In this document: one piece after another, positions 53,499 through 64,000 of the stretch | Layout of the letters: each line of letters opens with the position of its first letter | Numbering within the stretch: position 1 is the stretch's first letter | Assembly (NCBI GenBank): GCA_030141605.1 | Contig: JAQGDQ010000492.1 | Coordinates: 62,001 to 126,000, forward strand | DNA: 64,000 nt | Reading direction: 5' to 3' | Source of the DNA: Tubiluchus corallicola | Taxonomy: Eukaryota > Animalia > Priapulida | Translations under genes and position numbers: made by a program | The notes under the pieces: model-generated | The model's database searches: none | What the model was told of the DNA's origin: nothing | Seen by the model: the letters and a program-made list of their open reading frames with translations, nothing else

Positions 53499-54144
53499 CC
53501 TTACCTTAGACCTTAGTCCTTCCTGCGCATTGATGCACATTGGGCAGACAGCATTTTCCACTGAGTTCTATCGGCGGCTTCGTTCTCTACGTTTTCCCAA
53601 CGTATGTTGACAGCTCGAAGGTCTTCTTTGAAGGATCTGCGCCACGTTGTTTTTGGCCGACCTCTTTTTCGTTTCCCACCAGGTGGTTCCCACTGTACTG
53701 CTGTTTTGGCGTAACGACTTTCTGATAGACGGAGAATATGTCCAGCCAGTTTCATTCTTCTCTCTGTAACTATATCTTGTAACCGCAATGACTGCGCTCG
53801 TTGAAGAACTTCTACATTGGTGACATGGTCGCGGTAGGAGATTTTTAGTATCTTTCGAAGGCATTTTTGGTGGAAGACGTTCAGTTTCTTTGATAACTCC
53901 GCTGTGACTTTCCAGGTTTCGCTGGCATAGAGAGCCGTTGGCAGCACAATGGCGTTGTACAGACGAAGTTTGATTTTCATGTCAATTTTCTTGCTTGTCC
54001 AGATTTTTCCCATCTTCCTAAATACTGCTGTTGCTTTGCCGATTCTCCCCCTGATGTCATTTTCTGTACCTCCATTACAGGTAATCACACTGCCCAGATA
54101 TGAAAAACTGGTAACGTTCTTAACCATTTGGCCTCCCATTTGGC
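53499..54144 (-). mobile_element. 5'-truncated RTE-clade LINE with 14-bp TSD
   Basis: Uninterrupted 208-aa RT C-terminal region (FSYLGS...RLYNAIVLPTALYASETW...GHILR...GKRKRGRPKTTW); taagg-repeat tail; tctatagccgaata duplicated at 53485-53498 and 54145-54158. Confidence 0.95.
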
Positions 54145-54384
54145 TCTATAGCCGAATAAGACTGGGGAAAACCTACAAGCATTCTGCGAACAAAAGCATT
54201 TTGCATTAACTGTTTATACTGATCGTTTGGTTGTTTACATGTGCATCGTCGTGTTCAATTCAGTTAGCAATAATAACAAGTGCGCATTTACTGAATATGA
54301 TGGAAACAGATTTCCTGAATAATTTGAGGTACAACATTTTTTATTCTGCGCATGACATTATGGATAATGCTTAGGATCTAAATA

Positions 54385-54839
54385 CCGTATTTTCCCGTGT
54401 ATAAGAGACCCTTGTGTATAAGAGACCCCTTCAATTTTTAGGCAAAAATTCTGGAAAAAAGTTTTTTCAGACGCACATTTTTAGAGGGTAAAGTACAACT
54501 TTTTTCAACTCAGTGCGGTACTGAAAACAAAATAAAACCAGTTAATGTGTTGTAGAAAAAGAGTACTGGTATATATTAAAGTGCGTACCTGCAAACCTGT
54601 AACAGGAAAAGAGAAAACGAGGAGATAATGCCTGTGTCACGATGCTTGTATTGCTTACAACCGCTTCATAGTCGAACGCGACACGCAAAACAGTTGTAGA
54701 GCACTTATTTCTTTAAAATCATTAGTGTCACAATTTATGCATCTTATTGAAAAGACTTACTCCCATGTATAAGAGACCCCCTATTTTTAAAGTGAAAATT
54801 CTGAGCAAAAAAGGGTCTCTTATACACGGGAAAATACGG
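54385..54839. mobile_element. Non-autonomous pogo/Tc2-like DNA transposon (MITE), copy 2
   Basis: Same TIRs and TA flanks as 16661-17255; shares left end, a central block and right end. Confidence 0.92.
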
Positions 54840-55256
54840 TAATAGGTTACTACATCATTAGGTTTACTAAAATGAACATTTTAAATAATTTTTGAAATTA
54901 AATTCTTTTTGAAAATGTAACAAAGCATGAAAGTTTAAATGTTTTTACGTTTAAAAGGTTTCTATGAAAGCAACTTCAGCAAATGTAGACGAACGTAGAA
55001 ATTTTCAAAATTTGAATCTATACAACTGTCAAAATTAGGCCACTGTGAAATAATAAAAAAATAAAAATAATAATTAAAAACTCTATTACGCGTAAAACAA
55101 TAATAATAATTAACAACACTATAACATTGCTGAAAATTTTAGCAATATGCGATTTAGTATCAAATAAGCTTTCGTTGGTAGAAAATCTTATTTTAATTAA
55201 GAATTAAGAAAAAAGCAAAAAGTCACATCCTCTTATTGAAATTTAAAGCAAATTAT

Positions 55257-56189
55257 GCTCATCATCAGTCAAGATGCCCCCACGTCCTAAACTTTGCTCA
55301 TCATCAGTCAAGATGCCCCCACGTCCTAAACTTTGCCAACCTTTTCGGTCAAGATACCCCCACGTCCTAAACTTTGTCCATCGTCAGTCAAGATGCCCCC
55401 ACGTCCTAAACTTTGCTCATCGTCAGTCAAGATACCCCCACGTCCTAAACTTTGCCAACCTTTTCGGTCAAGATACCCCCACGTCCTAAACTTTGTCCAT
55501 CGTCAGTCAAGATACCCCCATGTCCTAAACTTTGTCCATCGTCAGTCAAGATACCCCCACGTCCTAAACTTTGCCCATCGTCAGTCAAGATACCCCCACG
55601 TCCTAAACTTTGCCCATCGTCAGTCAAGATACCCCCACGTCCTAAACTTTGTCCATCGTCAGTCAAGATACCCCCACGTCCTAAACTTTGCCCATCGTCA
55701 GTCAAGATACCCCCACGTCCTAAACTTTGCTCATCGTCAGTCAAGATACCCCCACGTCCTAAACTTTGTCCATCGTCAGTCAAGATACCCCCATGTCCTA
55801 AACTTTGTCCATCGTCAGTCAAGATACCCCCATGTCCTAAACTTTGTCCATCGTCAGTCAAGATACCCCCACGTCCTAAACTTTGCCCATCGTCAGTCAA
55901 GATACCCCCACGTCCTAAACTTTGCCCATCGTCAGTCAAGATACCCCCATGTCCTAAACTTTGCCCATCGTCAGTCAAGATACCCTCACGTCCTAAACTT
56001 TGCCCATCGTCAGTCAAGATACCCCCACGTCCTAAACTTTGCCCATCGTCAGTCAAGATACCCCCACGTCCTAAACTTTGCCCATCGTCAGTCAAGATAC
56101 CCCCTCGTCCTAAACTTTGCCCATCGTCAGTCAAGATACCCCCACGTCCTAAACTTTGCCCATCGTCAGTCAAGATACCCCCACGTCCT
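55257..56189. repeat. 39-bp minisatellite, about 24 copies
   Basis: Unit catcgtcagtcaagatacccccacgtcctaaactttgcc. Confidence 0.95.
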
Positions 56190-56770
56190 ATAAAGCTGAA
56201 ATAAATTCATACTACAAACCAACGCATACATAAACTTTTGTCTTAATTAAACCAAAGCAGATTAACTATAACCAAGCCCAGGACTGCCAAAGACGTGTGA
56301 TGGATAGCTTGTTGTTATTGTACTTCTACGTGAAGTAAAAGTAACCTTTACGTAGATTGGTGTGAAGTATTAATTAATTTCCGGTTTTATGGTCATGGGG
56401 TAAAATTGACTGACGATTTGTTCTATTTATCTATTAAATTTTTTAGCTCGTAGACATTTCTAAGACATAAAAGTACAATAATTAGGAAAAAAGCAATTAT
56501 AAAAACGTAAAGTTATAACTTTCAAAAAACAAACAGACAAATTGGTAAAAATATTTACACGAATAAACTACATTAAAAGTACATTCAAATTACAATTTTG
56601 GAGCACATGGATCAATATTGTAAATAAAATGCTTTAAGAAACCATTAGAAGAGTTTAAAATACGGCGAAAACGGCAGTTGAAATTGTATGTACATTTACG
56701 CAAAATAACTTTAAAATGGTTCTTGTATAATTTTCTACACAGAATGATAATGTTAAAGACTTGCTTTTTT

Positions 56771-57005
<235 letters not shown>

Positions 57006-57205
57006 GAAGTTCATATCAATATTTCAAGAAATTTACTAGGGCTACGAAGCATGCAGACTTTAGCTTATTAAAGTTATACAAGTTTTGCGAAGCTCGCCTT
57101 CAATATGTCAATAAAACAAAGAGTTTTTTTGCATTACCGCTGTTGCTTTTATTTTCTAGCAGTTGTTTGCTTTTATTTGTTCTAGTTTTTACTGTCTGTT
57201 TTTAG

Positions 57206-57967
57206 GAAGCCCACTTTACTGTAACTGCTCAATGACATGGATGATACTAGAAAAATTGGGCAAGTATACAATCCACTGTGATAATTTTGATGGCGAAGAA
57301 CAGTGGTATTTTCCAAAATTGCTCACATTAGCAATCTTCAATAAGATGTGTTTTAAAGATGACCCTGTTACAACAGAGAAGCCACCAACGACAACAACAG
57401 CAAAGCCCAATGAGCCTATAAATTGGAATATTACGAAACCGTGTGAACCTATTAACTTACCAATGTGCAAAGTGGATCAGCATCAACCATGCAGAATTAC
57501 ATGTGGATCCAAAGAACATATTCGTTATGGATTTTTCACAGAAATGCAAATGCAAATCGTCATTAACACTATGCCAAATCCCTTGAGGACATTCTACGTC
57601 ATGAACTACAATGACACCAAACTGCCAGAATTCTTCTTAGTGGGAAAATCTATTGGTTCATTGTACATACGACGCTCTAATATTGAAAGAATCGAGGAAA
57701 ATTCTATAGCTTGCGAAATTTTTGATAGCGTCCACTTGATAGCTAATCCCTACTTATCATTTATTCATCGCAAGGCGTTTGCAAATATGAAATTTATTAA
57801 AGGTTTGACCATTCTCTACAGTGGTCAGCTAACGTATTTGGACATCGATGTGCGGAAATCACCTTACTTTGAGAAATTGATTGTAAAGTACAACGCTGTA
57901 ACTACAATTGCTAATTTGAAGTTGAATTGGAAAAAAAATTACCTGGGCGTAAAAATTAACATCGAAG
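57206..57967 (+). CDS. LRR gene F cassette exon 2 (762 nt, phase 1-1)
   Basis: Acceptor tttttag|ga gives SPLYCNCSMTW; donor G|gtaaag after INIEG. Confidence 0.9.
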
Positions 57968-58839
57968 GTAAAGCTAAATGTTCACTCTTATTGTAAAAGC
58001 TTGTAGAAGTTTTTCTATCTTAGGTTAAGAGAGTAAAGTGAGAAAACGGATTTGCTTTGACATGCAATGCAGGTTTGCTGATTGTACATGTCAGGTTACT
58101 CTCCAACTCCAAACTCAGGCTTGAAATTCAGCCAGTTTTAAGATTTGAATAGAAGTTTTACTAGGTTAAAATAAACTTACAACTGTGTGTTTTAAAGGCA
58201 GTTTAAAATGAGTGGTTATGAAGCGTTCAGTCAGTCAAAAATTTGTTAAATCTTGTTAACGTCTTTTTTGAATTATGCCAAAGCGTTTTAGCGGGAATGT
58301 TGATTATTACAGAATTTTGAAACACGAAATAATATAGGAAAAAATAATTCCCCCATAAAGTACCTAAAGGAATAATTTGGAACAAAATGGTTTTATCTTG
58401 CAATGAGTCAGTTTTCAATATACATAGTACATGGCCTTACATAACTCTAGACCTTTTGTACCTAAACTTCATCATTCCAGTGGTTGCGTGCTTTTTACTT
58501 TTCAGCACCTGTTCCGCATCTCTCGAGCTTTTACGTTTACTTTTCGTTTATTCGATTTCCGTACATTAAGGTTGATTCTGACGTATAAGCACCGTGACGT
58601 CACGCCACGTCACGTCACGTCAATTCTTGTCTTCCTGCTTTTGACAAAAAATTGTCGCATCGTGCTAAAATGTTGAAAGCTCCAAATGAATCGATGAAGT
58701 CCAAAAATTACAGGATCTTGTTAAAGCTAGTATAGGCAAAACCATTTCTCCATAAAGTGGGTCCACGAAAACTGGTTTCGCTCACAGTATTAAAATATTT
58801 TAGTTAAATATATGATAAATTTATTTGTTTATATCATAG

Positions 58840-59652
58840 AGAACCAGTTAGTATGCAACTGCTCAATGACATGGATGAGTGGAATATTCCTTGGACCTTA
58901 TTATGTACTCACAGATTCCTGGATCACATGTGAGTTTGAGCCAATAAAACACACACTGATGGAAGGCAAAACTGTGTACATTTGGGAAGCTTTAGATTAC
59001 CCAAGTAACACGCATATTTGGAAGGTTGCCAATCTCACTGAAGCGTGCAATTTTATCTCCAAATATTACCACACCACTCATGCTCCATTGCCAACTAAAA
59101 CATGGATAGTGTCAGAAAATTCAACAATACGAACACGAGACTGTGACTCAAATATACCCAAATGTCTTATCCTAAGCTATTACCATTGCAGAATTAGATG
59201 TGGCAGTAATGACGTCAGGCTCGAAGCTATAGATTTGGAGATCATATCACGTCTTTTACCTACTCAAGTAGATGCGCTTAGTATTTATAACTATGTTGAT
59301 AAAAAACTACCGAAACACGCTTTCCATACAATAACTATTGGTACGTTAAGAATAGCAGAATCAAATATTAAGTCAATAGAGGAAGAATCCATATATGGAA
59401 ACATTACAGAATCGATCGTGTTACTTGACAACAATAAATTGACATCTATTAATGTTAACGCGCTGACGTGGCACAGATATTTAAAAAACATTCATATAAT
59501 TGGTTGTTGGTCTTTGAAGCATCTTCGCTTTAACTTATCACTGAACCCCCATTTCGAGAGGATCGAAGTAGAAAATTCAGGTTTGCAGGGAATGGGAACC
59601 CCCATTTTGCATCCAGAAAGACTCTACGGTGATGTTTCTATAAAGCTAACAG
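58840..59652 (+). CDS. LRR gene F cassette exon 3 (813 nt, phase 1-1)
   Basis: Acceptor atcatag|ag gives ENQLVCNCSMTW; donor G|gtaagt after IKLTG. Confidence 0.88.
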
Positions 59653-60047
59653 GTAAGTAGGACGACGCTTTTCTTTCTTCTTTTTTCATCTGAAGATAAA
59701 TTACGATGGTAGTTTGAAATGTCATTGTTTTTTAACTGCTTATTTTTTTCATTAAAGATCTTGTCATTAAGAATTAAATTTATTTTATCAGATGTTTTTT
59801 GCTTTATAGGTTGTGATCAATAATTTTAACGAATGCAATTTTCCCGAAATAAAATCTCCACATTTATTTAACAAGGAAGAATTTCTCGGGACACCAAAAA
59901 GTAGAGCAGAACCTTCAAATTGTTATAAGTTTGTTTTTGTTAACGTGGCGATATAATGTTTGAAAAAATATTTTTTTAAATAAGCACTATGTTAGTATTC
60001 ATTTGTTAGTGTCTTATCACCAACTAATATTCGACTGGCGTTATATT

Positions 60048-61442
60048 CTCTTTGCTACATCGACTTCCTTGCCAACACTGCACTCACTCTTTACTACGTC
60101 GACTTCCTTATCAACACTGCACTCACTCTTTACTACGTCGACTTCCTTATCAACACTGCACTCACTCTTTACTACGTCAGCTTCCTTATCAACACTGCAC
60201 TCACTCTTTACTACGTCAGCTTCCTTATCAACACTGCACTCTTTACTACGTCGACTTCCTTACCAACACTGCAGTCTTTACTACGTCAACTTCCTTATCA
60301 ACACTGCAGTCTTTACTACGTCGACTTCCTTATCAACACTGCAGTCTTTACTACGTCAACTTCCTTATCAACACTGCACACACTCTTTACTACGTCAACT
60401 TCCTTATCAACACTGCACTCACTCTTTACTACGTCGACTTCCTTATCAACACTGCACTCACTCTTTACTACGTCGACTTCCTTATCAACACTGCACTCAC
60501 TCTTTACTACGTCAGCTTCCTTATCAACACTGCACTCACTCTTTACTACGTCAGCTTCCTTATCAACACTGCACTCTTTACTACGTCGACTTCCTTACCA
60601 ACACTGCAGTCTTTACTACGTCAACTTCCTTATCAACACTGCAGTCTTTACTACGTCGACTTCCTTATCAACACTGCAGTCTTTACTACGTCAACTTCCT
60701 TATCAACACTGCACATACTCTTTACTACGTCGACTTCCTTATCAACACTGCACTCTTTGCTACGCCGACTTCCTTATCAACACTGCAGTCTTTGCTAAGT
60801 CGACTTCCTTATCAACACTGCACTCTTTGCTAAGACGACTTCCTTACCAACACTGCACTCTTTACTACGTCGACTTCCTTATCAACACTGCACTCTTTAC
60901 TACGTCGACTTCCTTATCAACACTGCACTCTTTACTACGTCGACTTCCTTACCAACACTGCAGTCTTTGCTATGTCGACTTCCTTATCAACACTGCACTC
61001 TTTGCTACATCGACTTCCTTACCAACACTGCAGTCTTTACTACGTCGACTTCCTTATCAACACTGCACTCTTTGCTACGTCGACTTCCTTATCAACACTG
61101 CACTCTTTGCTACGTCGACTTCCTTATCAACACTGCACTCTTTGCTACGTCGACTTCCTTATCAACACTGCAGTCTTTGCTACGTCGACTTCTTTATCAA
61201 CACTGCGCTCTTTGCTACGTCGACTTCCTTATCAACACTGCAGTCTTTACTAAGTCGACTTCCTTATCAACACTGCGCTCTTTGCTAAGTCGACTTCCTT
61301 ATCAACACTGCAGTCTTTACTACGTCGACTTCCTTATCAACACTGCACTCTTTACTACGTCGACTTCCTTATCAACACTGCAGTCTTTTGCTACGTCAAC
61401 TTCCTTATCAACACTGCACTCTTTGCTAAGTCGACCTCCTTA
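60048..61442. repeat. 35/39-bp minisatellite, about 1.4 kb
   Basis: Unit ctttactacgtcgacttccttatcaacactgcact, with or without an extra cact. Confidence 0.95.
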
Positions 61443-62324
61443 CTAGACACTTGCTAGACGCTTATTTGTGAATGTAGCTTATAGTTTTTTGTCTTTAGCT
61501 AACACGTCTATTTTGGCTACACGATGTAAAAACGACTCTACTATAACAGGTATTTTAACGAATCTCTTTTTTCCACATTCTTTTTTTAAATTGCAACACG
61601 TTGACTTCAAGCTATGGAAATGTCGCTAAAATATATCACACAGTAAAAATATTGTAGACAGTCGCGGGGCGAGTTAGTGGGTGGCTCAATGTGAAGGGGC
61701 CCCATAATTTCATTAGCCTTGGGCTTCAAAGAGTCACCATCCTTCAATGCTTTTAATCATGGACTGGTCTGCGAAGTTACGGACTCGTCTTTTCCTGCTA
61801 GATGCAAACTCAATTATTCAATGTTTTGTTCACATTAGATTTTTTAAACAGCATCTTAAAATACATTTGATTAGATTGTTCTTTTTACGATAAACTAGTT
61901 TTAATTTTTAATGTTTTTTTCAACTTTATGTATCTTATGACAATTAAGGTATTATAGAGAGATTTTAACAGTGCGCCATATAAATGGCGTTACATTTACA
62001 TCTTCAGGTAGTCTACTACAGGTAGATTCTTTCTTAACCGCGAATATGTTTTGTTACTTATTTCTTAAATTTTATCTTTCATTTACTTTATAGGTACCTA
62101 GTTACAGAGTTTATCTAGTCACCACACAAAACACAAAAAGTTGTTAATTTTCTTTGCGAATTATAACCAAACGCAGGTGCTGTACTGAACTATCAGAAAC
62201 ATTTTGGTGTTAAAATTTATACTTTTTTGCCGTAGTTGAAAATGGGTAGTATATGAAAAATCACCCTGTCTTCCTTTAAATTTGGAATCTTATATTAATA
62301 ATGTGAATTGTTTCTTTTCCTCAG

Positions 62325-63044
62325 GAAATGATCTCACCTGTAATTGTGGTTTAGAATGGACGAAAAATAGAAAGTGGAAGAAGTCAGTAATTGATTGTTC
62401 TGAGCCTGAAAGAGACCACTTGGTGGATGAAATAAAACTTGGTGAATTTTATGGATGTACAAATGATACTGAAGCTGACTGTAGTTATGTGCCAACAAAA
62501 AATTGTCTTTCACGAAAAATGCCAAAAAACAAGCCAGGCTGCATGGTTGTCTGTGGTGTTCCTTCCAGCTACGCATTTGGACAAGTTCCTGAAGAGGTGT
62601 CAGAACCGCTGTGGGAAGATAAACTCCGTAAAATCACCACTGAGGCTCTCCGCTACTGGACGCACTTGCTGTGGATTGCCAGGTACCAGGACGAACAATT
62701 ACCAAAATTCTTTCTCGATGGTAAAGTGGTGGACTGGTTTTGCCTAAGTGATTCGAAATTTAAGAGACTTGGTAAAGAAGTTTTTTATGGTGACATCACA
62801 GACGTAATTGTTATTGCCCGTAATTCTCATCTCACTGACATTCATCCAAAAGCTTTTTACAGATTAAATGCCGTGAAACACATTTATATTCAGGAGTGCC
62901 CAAAGCTACAAAAAATCAGCCTAGATTTGTCGCGTCAGTTGAAAATTAAAGACATTGTAATACAAAATACTGGAATAACGCGAGTAGATGAACCAATCCT
63001 GCATCAATATAGACCATCAAAAATGGTACATCTGGAACTATTAG
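62325..63044 (+). CDS. LRR gene F cassette exon 4 (720 nt, phase 1-1); gene continues beyond the window
   Basis: Acceptor ttcctcag|ga gives GNDLTCNCGLEW...DEIKLGEFYGC; donor G|gtaggt after LELLG; no terminal exon before 64000. Confidence 0.9.
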
Positions 63045-64000
63045 GTAGGTTATATTTGTTTACTAGTTTACCTATGTCTCCATCTATGTTTTAATTGTAA
63101 ACACTAGTGTTATTGCCCCATAGTTTCAGGTGAAATTAATATAATTATAACATGAGATAGCTTGAGCTTTCAATCGGAAATGAAATTAGAAATTAGTTTC
63201 TGACTTGGTCAGAAACTGAAGATTTTGCAATATAGTGAATAGTTACAGAATTGGACATTGAAAAGACGCTAGCCTTTTTGTTGAAAGTTCTAACTTATAT
63301 TGGAGTGTTATATTGAATTCGGTTTGTTTGATGCATAGGAACTGCACTTCATAATGAAATGTCAGCTTGTAACATTTAAACATGTGACCCAGGGGTCAGA
63401 AATCAAACAGACGCGGCATATCTTAGATCCGCCTCATCGATACCTTTTATTCAATGTGCTACAAGGTACCATTGTTCAACACACGGTGCACTTCAGTTCC
63501 CAACCTCCATTTTTCGGTTTTTGCTCCCCAGCGGAAAATTTTACTAACGCTCACGTCCCATATTTTGTGATGTGCCAGGACACAACATCAGCTAGCAACA
63601 TACCAAACACTGTGCCCAAACACATTGGGAGCAGATGGATCATAAAGAAAAATAAATGAAGACCTGCTCGCTTCGTGACCTTTGACCCGGCAACTCGAGT
63701 TACATGTATACGTAGAAAACTTTTCCCAGAGAGTGTACCCTGTGAGATTGGGTTCTCAGCCCTCAGCATGTAAAAGGTCACCAATTGGGGATCCCAAATT
63801 TGGCCCCTCCTTTGGGCATCTACCCCACAGTATCCAAATACTTGTGAAAAAAAGTTGGAAAAAACTGAATGCTCTAGGAGGAGTTGCGAACTAAATGAAA
63901 AACTGACCGAAGCGCACCGCCCTTCTCCTTGACCAGTCGTCAGTGATCATCACACTGTTGTACGTCCCCGTTCATGGCTACTCTGGGAGTTTGGTGACCC

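Noticed and set aside
63350-64000. GC-richer end region with tgaccttt/aaggtca words and short ORFs
   Set aside because: Probably the start of a repeat element in gene F's intron, but truncated by the window and unclassifiable.

Overview
AT-rich eukaryotic (invertebrate-animal-like) genomic DNA with GT-AG introns; no prokaryotic features, rRNA, tRNA or CRISPR seen. The window is dominated by a + strand cluster of six paralogous extracellular leucine-rich-repeat (LRR) genes, labelled here A-F. All are built from one exon grammar: a signal-peptide first exon, then 0-3 large symmetric phase-1 cassette exons (each carrying the NxxxCxC LRRCT cap for the previous exon plus a new Cys-rich cap and LRR array), then a terminal exon. 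A and B end in huge acidic mucin domains with polycationic tails, C ends in a short soluble tail (exon missed by the ORF track), E ends in a GPI-signal-like tail, D is frameshifted and lacks a terminal exon, and F runs off the window. Cassette subtypes occur in different orders in D, E and F. A - strand block between B and C holds a 3-coding-exon LLP homolog (LLPH/LAPS18) and an intronless soluble cytochrome b5-domain gene. Introns carry many minisatellites, two pogo/Tc2-like MITE copies, RTE and CR1-like LINE fragments and a 38-bp hAT-like relic. All gene models were spliced by eye and family assignments come from recalled motifs, not database searches.
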